Source: Christensenellales bacterium
GTDB lineage: Bacteria > Bacillota > Clostridia > Christensenellales > SZUA-584
Direction of reading: 5' to 3'
DNA length: 54,307 bases
Assembly: GCA_050943215.1 (NCBI GenBank)
Contig: JBMNOU010000006.1
Span: 1 to 54,307 of the forward strand
The position numbers were made by a program, and so were the translations under genes. The notes under the pieces are model-generated. The model ran no database searches and was not told the origin of the DNA. It worked only from the letters and a program-made list of their open reading frames with translations. Below are positions 8,753 through 16,502 of this stretch, in pieces (the stretch's first letter is position 1; the number at the start of each line of letters is the position of its first letter).

Positions 8753-9465
8753 GACCTCCCAAACCGATATTCTGCCGGCAGCTCTTTGCGAGGAGCCTTG
8801 CCTTTTTTCGCCTGTTCCTCTTTCAACCTGTCAACCACCCAGGACAAAATCGCACGGTAATCGCTTTTGTATGATTTACCCTTCGCGACCTTGTAATTAT
8901 CGAGAATCTCAATCATGCGTTTTGTGCTAGGTTCTCCAAAGCGATCAATGAGTGACATGTATTCGTCATTGGTCATTGAAACGGCCTCGGCATATTTTTG
9001 TTTAAGGGGGGATATAGGGGGGTTATTATCTTTCTTATCCTTCTTACCTTCTTTACTTTCTTTAGTTGTGGTTATCTGTTGGTTATCTGTTGGTTGTTTG
9101 TTGGTTCTTCGTTTGTTGCTTTGCTGGTTGTTTTGCTGGTTATCCTCCATAGCCATATCTTGATAATAACCGTATTTAACTATGGTTATCAGCGTAAACC
9201 TGTTGGTTGTCTTGGTGGTTATTTCGTTGGTTGAAATTAGCTTATTTATAGCACTGCGCACCTGCTGTACTGTCAACCCTGTTTCTTCCGCCAGTTTTTG
9301 CCTTGACGTTATAAGCTGTCCGCGCTTAATCTCCACACCCTGCCACCGCTTGTCCGCATAGTTAGCAGATAGCAACAGATACATCCATAGCCGGGACACA
9401 GGCACATCCTGATACCATTCCCATTTTAATACCGATCTGTGCAGCTTAATGTAACCGCTATCCAT
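8749..9465 (-). CDS. Phage replication initiator (replisome organizer)
   Basis: GYIKLHR...WEWY, RGQLITS...LA..TG, C-term YKSDYRAILSWV; internal iterons. Confidence 0.85.
   Translation of the reverse strand: MDSGYIKLHRSVLKWEWYQDVPVSRLWMYLLLSANYADKRWQGVEIKRGQLITSRQKLAEETGLTVQQVRSAINKLISTNEITTKTTNRFTLITIVKYGYYQDMAMEDNQQNNQQSNKRRTNKQPTDNQQITTTKESKEGKKDKKDNNPPISPLKQKYAEAVSMTNDEYMSLIDRFGEPSTKRMIEILDNYKVAKGKSYKSDYRAILSWVVDRLKEEQAKKGKAPRKELPAEYRFGRS
9025..9145. repeat. Putative phage origin iterons
   Basis: 11-bp tandem units TGGTTATCTGT (9069, 9080), TGGTTGTTTGT (9091), TGGTTCTTCGT (9102) next to a pyrimidine-rich tract inside the initiator gene. Confidence 0.75.
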
Positions 9466-9472
9466 GCCATTA

Positions 9473-9868
9473 TCACTCCTTGATATATTCGATCCCATTT
9501 GCCATATCTACCGGCTTTTGCTTGAGATATCCAAGGATTGCGTCCTTCGCCTCTTCCCATCCCCAGCACACGGCCGTTTTATATCCCTGCTCTGTGAGCC
9601 TCCTAAGCCATTCTTTCTGCGCTGGTGACGGTTTATTCTTACCGTACTTCATCTCGATATAAAGCCCGTGATACGGCCCCCTCGCCACAGGCAGGCATAG
9701 ATCCGGAACGCCTGCCTTGACTCCAGTCATTTTGAGTCTGATCGCCGTTACCTTGTGACGATGCCCTCCATTTGGGATATGGTACAGGCTTTTTAGTTCT
9801 GGATATTTGCATGTTTGCAGCTTCGCCCAATCCATCAGGTATTTTTGCTCAAGCTCTTCGCCCGTCAT
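9473..9868 (-). CDS. VRR-NUC domain nuclease
   Basis: HIPNGG, GV.AGVPDL, LYIEMK, Q..W...L. Confidence 0.9.
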   Translation of the reverse strand: MTGEELEQKYLMDWAKLQTCKYPELKSLYHIPNGGHRHKVTAIRLKMTGVKAGVPDLCLPVARGPYHGLYIEMKYGKNKPSPAQKEWLRRLTEQGYKTAVCWGWEEAKDAILGYLKQKPVDMANGIEYIKE

Positions 9869-10005
9869 GATTCGACGATCTCCATTAACTCTTTGATCGC
9901 CTTGGACATCTCTCTGGACGTCCAATCCTCGCAGTCATCATCTACCTCAATGCACGCCTGCTCACAAAGATATCGATAATATTCAACCTGTCTTTCCGTC
10001 GCCAT
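9865..10005 (-). CDS. Small phage hypothetical protein
   Basis: GAGGTG RBS; MATERQV.Y...S..I..L pattern; stop overlaps next start. Confidence 0.6.
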   Translation of the reverse strand: MATERQVEYYRYLCEQACIEVDDDCEDWTSREMSKAIKELMEIVES

Positions 10006-10142
10006 ATCACACCTCACAAGATTTTCGGGGCGTCCGGCTCGCCCCGTGCACAATAATTCAGAAAGCCCCAATGTAGGGAATACCTTTCTTTTAATATTTT
10101 TTGCCGGATAAGCTTTAGTCAAATTACCGGCACAAAGCCCTC

Positions 10143-10547
10143 CTAGAACGGCATCTGCTCGTCGTCAAGCGGTTCAAAATCACCGTCATACTCATCCATG
10201 CCTATATTATCCACCTCTGCCTGCCTCGAGCTCTCCTGTCCTTTTGGCGTCAAAAACTCCACATTTTCAGCGTGCAGCTCCGTAACATAGCGCTTATTGC
10301 CGTCTCGGTCCTCATAATCGCGTATCTGTATCATACCCTCAGCCAGCGCCTTGCGCCCTTTCGCCAAATACTTCGCGCAGTTATCAGCCAGGCCTCGCCA
10401 TGTCACCACGGGAATGAAATCCGTCTTGTCCTCTTTCGTCCTGGGCCTCTTGACAGCAAGCGTGAACGTACACACAGATATGCCTCTCGCCGTCGTCCTA
10501 AGCTCCGGATCCCTTGTTAAATTGCCTGTTATAATCGCTCTATTCAT
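10143..10547 (-). CDS. ssb: Single-stranded DNA-binding protein (phage)
   Basis: MN..I.GNLTRDPELR; acidic tail ending MPF. Confidence 0.95.
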   Translation of the reverse strand: MNRAIITGNLTRDPELRTTARGISVCTFTLAVKRPRTKEDKTDFIPVVTWRGLADNCAKYLAKGRKALAEGMIQIRDYEDRDGNKRYVTELHAENVEFLTPKGQESSRQAEVDNIGMDEYDGDFEPLDDEQMPF

Positions 10548-10852
10548 TTGTTCGCCTCCTCAAAATCCTTGCTCACCTTCCTCATCAGCTTATCGAGTGA
10601 TGGCATTTCCGGCTCAAGACCAAGAGCATATTCCATCTGTTCAATCTGCTTAAACGCTTTGATCAGATTCTTAACCTCACCCTGGCACATACGCAGCGCG
10701 TCGATGATTTCATCGTATATATCTCCGGCTCCCGTCTCTCCACTAAGTTCCGCAATATCATAATTGATCGCTGCGCGTAGCACATATGCAATATACCGAG
10801 GCGTAGCCTGCTCTGCTAAATAATCCCCTTTTCTGACTCTGTGATCCTTCAT
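10544..10852 (-). CDS. Phage hypothetical protein
   Basis: ATGA-coupled ORF in early operon. Confidence 0.6.
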   Translation of the reverse strand: MKDHRVRKGDYLAEQATPRYIAYVLRAAINYDIAELSGETGAGDIYDEIIDALRMCQGEVKNLIKAFKQIEQMEYALGLEPEMPSLDKLMRKVSKDFEEANK

Positions 10853-11091
10853 TCGTCCTCACCATCCTTTATAAATGCCGCGATGGTGGATGGCTGTGCT
10901 TTCGGTTTTCTGACCAAATCCAGCTCCTCCAGGTCAGGAGAAAAAAGGCGTAGTTTATTCGCATAATATTCTTTATCGCGCTGTATATCGCCATATTCCG
11001 TCAAGTCTGCTCGATCGCTTTTAAGCATCATCGCCTCATATGCAATCACCTCGTTTAGCATCTTTCTGTAATATCCGCTCTTTTGTGCCAT
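10849..11091 (-). CDS. Phage hypothetical protein
   Basis: Coupled ORF; start placed at MAQKSG. Confidence 0.55.
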   Translation of the reverse strand: MAQKSGYYRKMLNEVIAYEAMMLKSDRADLTEYGDIQRDKEYYANKLRLFSPDLEELDLVRKPKAQPSTIAAFIKDGEDE

Positions 11092-11093
11092 GT

Positions 11094-11285
11094 TCAAATA
11101 TCCCCACTTTCGTTTGTTTTGTTTGCAACGCAGTCCTCTATCGAGCATTCGTCAGCATGGCAGCAGTTAAAATCGCTGCACTTTATTTTGATTTTCGTAC
11201 TCACACATTTTCTCGTGCATAGCATACAGATATCATCTGCCTCCTGTATCTCCTGGCGTACATCATCACAGATCGGTTTCATCAT
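11094..11285 (-). CDS. Cys-rich small phage protein
   Basis: ATGA coupling, GGAGG RBS. Confidence 0.5.
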   Translation of the reverse strand: MMKPICDDVRQEIQEADDICMLCTRKCVSTKIKIKCSDFNCCHADECSIEDCVANKTNESGDI

Positions 11286-11449
11286 TTCGCCTCCTCAATC
11301 CTAGCCTCGTATCCATACCTCCGCCGGCCGCAGCACTCGCACGTGATCTTGACGTTCTTGCCTATGCTCCGGAGTGTGATCTTAACGGATCCGTGTCTTA
11401 GCTGCCTTATCCATTCTGCGCATGGCCGACATAACATCCTTGTTCCCAT
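11282..11449 (-). CDS. Small zinc-finger phage protein
   Basis: LCRPC and TCECCGRRRYG; GGAG RBS before 11449. Confidence 0.55.
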   Translation of the reverse strand: MGTRMLCRPCAEWIRQLRHGSVKITLRSIGKNVKITCECCGRRRYGYEARIEEAK

Positions 11450-11684
11450 CGCTTGTCTCCTCATAGCAGTACTTAAGCCATCCGGCATGAGGACAGACTC
11501 TCTCATAGTCCGGATTCTCGCAGTACAAACTAATGTGTTGATTTTTCTCTTCGGGTGACTGGAATTTGTGCATACAGATCGTATGCCCGAGATTACCCTC
11601 GCAACTGATTGATTGCCGCGCGTCGTGGATAAAGAACGGGCATACGACCGTGACGTTAGATGTTACGTTGCTCAACGCAATCAC
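11382..11684 (-). CDS. Cys-rich phage protein (CPFF...SCEG...YC...C)
   Basis: Cys pattern; follows upstream stop with RBS; 3' end overlaps next ORF. Confidence 0.55.
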   Translation of the reverse strand: MIALSNVTSNVTVVCPFFIHDARQSISCEGNLGHTICMHKFQSPEEKNQHISLYCENPDYERVCPHAGWLKYCYEETSDGNKDVMSAMRRMDKAAKTRIR

Positions 11685-11687
11685 CCC

Positions 11688-11999
11688 TTACTCCGCATAC
11701 TTACTATCTTCTTTGCCTTGACGCCACACTGATCTACAGTGTTCATGCGCAAGCTGCATCTGCCTATACCGCTGATACGCCCAGTTATATAGATCGCTCT
11801 TGCTAACATGCTTTATATCAGCAATCTTGCGCGCATTAGAGGCTATCTCCACCCAGCGCTGAGCGATGTACCAGCATTGTTTTGTGAGCCTATATGCTGT
11901 CTCGTAGTCCTCAGACTTGAGCATCAAATACGCTGTCGCAACAGTCTGATACTGTTCGCTATCCTCGGGCAGCAGCTCATCAAACTGACTTTCGCACAT
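11688..11999 (-). CDS. Phage hypothetical protein
   Basis: GGAGG RBS, helical ORF in operon. Confidence 0.6.
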   Translation of the reverse strand: MCESQFDELLPEDSEQYQTVATAYLMLKSEDYETAYRLTKQCWYIAQRWVEIASNARKIADIKHVSKSDLYNWAYQRYRQMQLAHEHCRSVWRQGKEDSKYAE

Positions 12000-12642
12000 C
12001 ATATACCTCCAGATTCTCATGGACATGCATCAGTTTGTACTCGCTTGCTGGGCCTGCGTTTGCCATGATATAGTCAGTGGCCTTTTTGAGCGATAAATGA
12101 TTTTCTCTCGCTTTGAGCTCGTAAATATAGTCAACATCGTCTGCGATTTTTTTCTCAATTCTCTGCTCGATTTCGCAATCCTCATAATTAGCCTCAATAA
12201 GATAGAGATCAAAGTTCGGTGCAGAAAAATCGATTCGGCATGTATCCGTTGCGTACATCATGCTTTTGTCATTGATCTGCACCTTATATCCGCAATTCGG
12301 CACATCGTGGTAGAGCTGAAAAGCCTCGACGATACAAAACGAATATTTATAGGTCTTATTAAGCGTAAGCACATCGACGTTCCCCTTACTAACTCCACAC
12401 TCAACCAGCGGTTTTACAAGCCATTCGCAGCACCCAAAACGCAGCGCAGGGCGTTCGTTTGCCATCCTACGGACCGTTGAACGTTTGAAATGATCTCCGT
12501 GGATATGTGTTAGTAAAACGATCCGCAAGTCTTTAATATGATTCTTTAAGCTCTTGTAGGAAACACCGCAATCAATGAGTATCGCATCCTCTATAATCAC
12601 GGCATTTCCTTTCGAGCCGGATGCAATGATCCTATATTTCAT
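11980..12642 (-). CDS. MBL-fold metallohydrolase (phage exonuclease-like)
   Basis: SGSKGN, IDCG, THIHGDH, YATDT, IEANY; adjacent to Bet. Confidence 0.9.
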   Translation of the reverse strand: MKYRIIASGSKGNAVIIEDAILIDCGVSYKSLKNHIKDLRIVLLTHIHGDHFKRSTVRRMANERPALRFGCCEWLVKPLVECGVSKGNVDVLTLNKTYKYSFCIVEAFQLYHDVPNCGYKVQINDKSMMYATDTCRIDFSAPNFDLYLIEANYEDCEIEQRIEKKIADDVDYIYELKARENHLSLKKATDYIMANAGPASEYKLMHVHENLEVYDVRKSV

Positions 12643-13324
12643 CTAGCGTAACCTTGCCTTTTGATTTGCCCAATGCCTTTATATCGTTTTGCCGTTCATC
12701 CAGATCAGTGCCGGTTGTGTTGATAACCTCTGCGTCAATAGGCTCACCCTCAACGTTCATACCCCCTAGTTCATCAGCAAATGCCTCCCTGAGAGCTCTT
12801 ACCTTTGCTACCTTTTCAACCATCGTAGCGCCCTTTTTATCCCAATTTGTATTGAGGCGTCCGTCTTTCTTTCTGCCGGCAACTTCGTCAAACGCGACAC
12901 TCATGTATTCAGGATATGTCCGGTCTTTACGGTATACTCTCGCCCATCCACCGACAAGCTCCTCGCCAGGTAATACCAAACATCCTGGCCGTTCGATTAT
13001 CTTGCCTTCTTTATCCAGCACTATGACACCTGTTTCCTTGCCGTCATATTGCGGATGCAGTATTGCACGTTTGATAAACACTTCCTTGGCGACAACGATC
13101 TGAGCCGGTTCATTACCGTACTTAATGCAATATGCCTCTTTTAAGAAAGGATTCAGTTGCCTTGCTTTGCAAAGCTCAGTGAAAAATTTAAATTCCTGGA
13201 CCGTTATTTTTGAATCTGTGCCGACGATGTACTTCTGAACAATACTCGGCGTAAGCAGGATCTTGCAGTTGTCGACTGCAAACTCCACGGCCAGCTCTTT
13301 GCTTTCCTTGACTGTTTCATTCAT
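12632..13324 (-). CDS. bet: Phage ssDNA annealing protein, Bet/RecT family
   Basis: LNPFLKEAY.IKYG, LVGGWA.VYRKD, W......M..KVA...ALREAF. Confidence 0.9.
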   Translation of the reverse strand: MNETVKESKELAVEFAVDNCKILLTPSIVQKYIVGTDSKITVQEFKFFTELCKARQLNPFLKEAYCIKYGNEPAQIVVAKEVFIKRAILHPQYDGKETGVIVLDKEGKIIERPGCLVLPGEELVGGWARVYRKDRTYPEYMSVAFDEVAGRKKDGRLNTNWDKKGATMVEKVAKVRALREAFADELGGMNVEGEPIDAEVINTTGTDLDERQNDIKALGKSKGKVTLDEI

Positions 13325-14150
13325 ATTTGTATCCTCCTTCGATCAGAAAGCTTTTCAGCGCCTTAAGCTTTGACAGCGGCGCGGTCACGCTAAACTCAAG
13401 CGTGAGCACCGGATCCTCTTCCTCTATATCACATGTCTGCTCGACAGGTGCCGTTTCCATGACGATCTGCTCGACTTTCTCGGCAGCCTCGGTCTGCTGC
13501 GCTTTGACCTGTTCGCGCGCTGTACGCTCTTCTTGCTCTTGCATCATCGCGTTATGACGCTCTGCAATCGTTGTAATCGCCTGTGATGCGTTCAGCGTTT
13601 TTTTATACTCGACCATGATCTCGTCCTTGTTGGCCTGTGTCTCGATCATCGCGATATCACTCTCGACTTGATTGATAAACGTTTTCGACTGATCCTTGAG
13701 CGACTTCATGCTGGCCGATAAATTGATCTTTATGCCGGCGCGCTCAATATTGAGAAAATCAATATTTTTGCTGATTGCATATTCATTGAAAAACTGCACC
13801 AGCTCGATCTCTTTTTCTTTTTTAAGGCCGTACTCAACCTCGTTGATCTTCGCAACCAAAACCTCGTCGGCAGATTTAAACTTCTCGCTGATATATTTTT
13901 TATATGCCTCCTCGAACTTGTTATACGGTGCAGCAATCGCGTTTTTAACCTCTTTACGCTTTTCCTCAAGCTCTGCAAACTCTTTCCTAATTTCAGCACG
14001 GACCTTTTTTGCATCCTTCACCGTATCCTCAGTCACGGCCAGCGCTTTTACGTATTTGACCTTTTCATCGATCTCATCACTGAGTGTCTTTAGCCGTTCC
14101 TCGATAATCGGGAGCTGTTTGATAATGATGAGCTGTTTGTTTTCGCTCAT
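13317..14150 (-). CDS. DUF1351-like coiled-coil phage protein
   Basis: VTEDTVKDAKK.RAE..K....LEE.RK.VK; typical neighbour of Bet. Confidence 0.75.
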   Translation of the reverse strand: MSENKQLIIIKQLPIIEERLKTLSDEIDEKVKYVKALAVTEDTVKDAKKVRAEIRKEFAELEEKRKEVKNAIAAPYNKFEEAYKKYISEKFKSADEVLVAKINEVEYGLKKEKEIELVQFFNEYAISKNIDFLNIERAGIKINLSASMKSLKDQSKTFINQVESDIAMIETQANKDEIMVEYKKTLNASQAITTIAERHNAMMQEQEERTAREQVKAQQTEAAEKVEQIVMETAPVEQTCDIEEEDPVLTLEFSVTAPLSKLKALKSFLIEGGYKYE

Positions 14151-14413
14151 AGTGCCTCTCCTCTCTTTGATAATCTCCAACATGTAACTCGGCGCCCTGT
14201 TATCGGATCATAGACCACGCCGGCCTCCGTTAAATATCCATCCTGCACAAGCTCTGTGATTCTCGGCCTGACAGCGTTCATATCTGCAAACCCGAGCTTT
14301 CCGGCGATCTCTCTCGCCGTCATATCGCCCTCCCATGCACCGAGGATCATCATCTGTCTAGTGCGCTTGTCCGTCTTTTCGTGACTTTCTCGCCTCGTGA
14401 CCTCTGTCAGCAT
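14147..14413 (-). CDS. Winged-helix phage protein
   Basis: MTAREIA...N.VRPRITEL...G. Confidence 0.75.
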   Translation of the reverse strand: MLTEVTRRESHEKTDKRTRQMMILGAWEGDMTAREIAGKLGFADMNAVRPRITELVQDGYLTEAGVVYDPITGRRVTCWRLSKRGEAL

Positions 14414-14447
14414 TGCTTTTTCACATCCTTTCCGGTATAATGTGCGT

Positions 14448-14484
14448 GTAAGTATTTTTCAGCGCTCTCGGGCGCTATTTTTTT
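14448..14484 (+). ncRNA. Putative ~37-nt phage sRNA
   Basis: TTGCTT(14413)-17-TATAAT(14436) promoter followed by hairpin AGCGCT-ctcg-GGCGCT and A-T7. Confidence 0.45.
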
Positions 14485-14750
14485 GTCAGCACCTTGTCGA
14501 GCAATTCGCGTCCGCAGCGTTCGCAAATCGACTCTCCCCTGACCGATAGCAAATTCTCTTTTGTTCCGCAGATTTTACATTTAGGCTTCAAGGCTTTGAT
14601 CACGAAAGTTTCTGCGTCGGGATGATAGATTTCAACGTCTGCGTTTTCAAACTGATACTCGTTCCCGTACTCTTTCCGCATTGCGACTGGAAAAACGATC
14701 TGTCCTTTGCTCGTCGCTCTGCCTTTAACGGACTCACCTAAATTTTTCAT
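14475..14750 (-). CDS. AbrB-family regulator with C-terminal zinc ribbon
   Basis: KGQIVFP..MRK swapped-hairpin motif; CKICG...ICERC. Confidence 0.75.
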   Translation of the reverse strand: MKNLGESVKGRATSKGQIVFPVAMRKEYGNEYQFENADVEIYHPDAETFVIKALKPKCKICGTKENLLSVRGESICERCGRELLDKVLTKK

Positions 14751-14871
14751 ACTGTTTTCTCCTTTGTGGTTTGTTATTGATGTGCTCCATGATTCCAATG
14801 CCGGCCACGGTAACCGTCAGGCCGACGGATCCAAAGATTAGCCAATAAAGCGCTGTAGATAAAGCGTACAT
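14734..14871 (-). CDS. 45-aa single-TM phage protein (not in ORF track)
   Basis: MYALSTALYWLIFGSVGLTVTVAGIGIMEHINNKPQRRKQYEKFR; GGAGG RBS; fills the gap between neighbouring ORFs. Confidence 0.55.
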   Translation of the reverse strand: MYALSTALYWLIFGSVGLTVTVAGIGIMEHINNKPQRRKQYEKFR

Positions 14872-14873
14872 TT

Positions 14874-15125
14874 TTACGACATCCTCCTTTCCCCGTATTT
14901 AACAATCTCTAAAACTTCACTATCGGAAAAATGCAACTCGCGCGCCAATATCCTTAAATACCCAAGCGTTATTACACTAGGGTTTTTTCGCCAATTATGA
15001 ATGGTAGGACGACTAACATTGATTTTTTTTGCAAGAGCCGTGATACTGATATCCTCGGCATCGATGCTTCCACCCATTGCCCGTAAAAAGGCTTTGTCAC
15101 GCTTGTCCTTGAATTTTTTAGCCAT
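14874..15125 (-). CDS. HTH domain protein
   Basis: ISITALAKKINVSRPTI..W. Confidence 0.75.
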   Translation of the reverse strand: MAKKFKDKRDKAFLRAMGGSIDAEDISITALAKKINVSRPTIHNWRKNPSVITLGYLRILARELHFSDSEVLEIVKYGERRMS

Positions 15126-15167
15126 GATCCACCGCCCGTTTCATATAGGTTTACGTTCTGTGTACTT

Positions 15168-15368
15168 TTATGAGAAAAAAATTTCTTCAACCGTTTTCCC
15201 ATAAAAATGCGCAAGAGAAATCTTTATTTCGTCTCTCGGTATTCTTAGGCCGTTTTCATAGTTAGATAGTGCTGATGGTGTGATGTTTACTGCTCTTGAC
15301 ACTTCAATGCGTGGTCTTTTGCCACGTAGTTCCAATAATTTCTGACCAATAATAGATGCGTCCGGCAT
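15168..15368 (-). CDS. Cro-like XRE regulator (switch 1)
   Basis: SALSNYENGLRIPRDEIK..LA.FY; divergent from repressor. Confidence 0.85.
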   Translation of the reverse strand: MPDASIIGQKLLELRGKRPRIEVSRAVNITPSALSNYENGLRIPRDEIKISLAHFYGKTVEEIFFS

Positions 15369-15388
15369 GGTAAAAGCCTCCTAAAAAA

Positions 15389-15489
15389 TTTACGATGTGT
15401 GTACATTCATAATATACCATCGCGACTCTATCATGTCAACACATATTGTAAACATTTTTCTTGCATAATAACACATTCTGTGTTATTAT
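15389..15489. promoter_or_regulatory. Genetic switch 1: divergent promoters and operators
   Basis: Leftward TTGACA-17-TATATT (15439-15411); rightward TTGCAT-17-TATTAT (15461-15489); ACACA-N4-GTRWW at 15389, 15439 and 15471. Confidence 0.75.
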
Positions 15490-15506
15490 TATTCTCGAGG
15501 TGTTGT

Positions 15507-16046
15507 ATGTTGAAATTTCCAGATATATTAAGAGATTTAAGAATCTCAAATAACTTAACCCAACAGGAATTAGCGTCGAAGTTAAAGATATCGAAAAGCA
15601 CCGTGAGCATGTATGAAAACGGGAAAAGGGAGCCGGATATCGAAACGTTTGAAATAATTGCCGATTTTTTTAATGTCGATATAAATTATCTAACCGGCAA
15701 TGTACCTGTTATGCCTACATACGATATTAAAAAACGGCGTATTGAATTAGACCTATCAATCGAAGATATGGGAAAGGCTGTGGGAGTAAGCAAATCAACA
15801 ATACAAAGATGGGAAACCGGAGATTTTGCTTCTATGAAACGGGATCAAATACCCTTGCTTGCAAACGTTCTGGAAATCACAGCCGAGGAACTAACAGGCT
15901 GGACAGCACGTCCCCGTACAAAGGATGAGTTAGAAATGCTAAATATATATCTTCGTGCAAAAAAAAGCGATAAAGTCGCCGTCAAGGCTTTAGTAAAAGC
16001 AATCGACAAGCTTTTAAAAATAGACGAACAAGGCGATGCCGATTAG
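15507..16046 (+). CDS. Phage repressor with two tandem XRE HTH domains and a C-terminal helix, no S24 domain
   Basis: LTQQELA..ISKSTVSMYENG and SIEDMG..VGVSKSTIQRWETG; GAGGTG RBS places start at 15507. Confidence 0.85.
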   Translation: MLKFPDILRDLRISNNLTQQELASKLKISKSTVSMYENGKREPDIETFEIIADFFNVDINYLTGNVPVMPTYDIKKRRIELDLSIEDMGKAVGVSKSTIQRWETGDFASMKRDQIPLLANVLEITAEELTGWTARPRTKDELEMLNIYLRAKKSDKVAVKALVKAIDKLLKIDEQGDAD

Positions 16047-16092
16047 CATTAGCATATCTATAAGATGTTATGAAATGTGTTGTGAACTTCAT
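15982..16092 (-). CDS. Putative 36-aa antirepressor, antisense to repressor 3' end (not in ORF track)
   Basis: MKFTTHFITSYRYANANRHRLVRLFLKACRLLLLKP; GAGGAGG RBS; SOS-box-like site and TATAAT upstream. Confidence 0.5.
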   Translation of the reverse strand: MKFTTHFITSYRYANANRHRLVRLFLKACRLLLLKP

Positions 16093-16111
16093 GGCGCCTC
16101 CTCAAACTATA

Positions 16112-16123
16112 GAACGTATATTC
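16112..16123. promoter_or_regulatory. LexA (Cheo-box)-like site
   Basis: GAAC-GTAT-ATTC, one mismatch to GAAC-N4-GTTC, directly downstream of minus-strand TATAAT (16131-16126). Confidence 0.55.
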
Positions 16124-16158
16124 TCATTATAGATAGTGTATGTACGTTTTTTGGGACA

Positions 16159-16199
16159 ACATGGTTGTATATGGATGATCTATCCATATACAACCATGT
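16159..16199. repeat. Perfect 18-bp inverted repeat
   Basis: ACATGGTTGTATATGGAT-gatct-ATCCATATACAACCATGT. Confidence 0.9.
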
Positions 16200-16233
16200 C
16201 ATGACAATACATTAATTTCAATTTTAGGTGATA

Positions 16234-16353
16234 TTATGGCAAAATCAAAAAGGTTACCAAGCGGGAGACGGCGCCTTGCGTGATATTGAGTCTTTTTGCG
16301 ATATCCTCTTGGGAAAAGTTCATTAGCGTCCGCTTTCTTTTAATAGCCGTCAT
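16234..16353 (-). pseudogene. Truncated cro-like HTH (switch 2)
   Basis: MTAIKRKRTLMNFSQEDIAKRLNITQGAVS then runs into unrelated sequence; AAAGGAG RBS. Confidence 0.75.
16236..16283 (+). pseudogene. Stump of a second integrase gene
   Basis: AGGTG RBS then MAKSKRLPSG, matching the MPKAKMLPSG start of the integrase at 17569. Confidence 0.7.
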
Positions 16354-16383
16354 CGTACTGCTCCTTTGCGTATCGCATTTATT

Positions 16384-16485
16384 AATGGTGTTGCTATTAA
16401 TTTACCACATGTATCCGTACACGTCAATAGCATTTCTATTAATCTATAAATATTTATTGCATATTATTAGCCAAACTATTATTAT
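16384..16485. promoter_or_regulatory. Genetic switch 2: divergent promoters and operators
   Basis: AATAG-N5-CTATT-like sites at 16384, 16426 and 16466; leftward TTGACG-17-TAAATT; rightward TTGCAT-17-TATTAT. Confidence 0.75.
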
Positions 16486-16502
16486 GGATATAAGAGGTAA
16501 CT

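Noticed and set aside
9061-9235. TGGTT-rich repeats as CRISPR or DGR repeats
   Set aside because: Short degenerate tandem units inside the initiator gene fit iterons; no reverse transcriptase in the window.
10006-10142. Hairpins downstream of phage ssb
   Set aside because: Two short GC stems only; no promoter or recognisable motif.
15399-15506. N-terminal extension of the repressor in the ORF track
   Set aside because: Covers promoters and operators; the RBS supports ATG at 15507.
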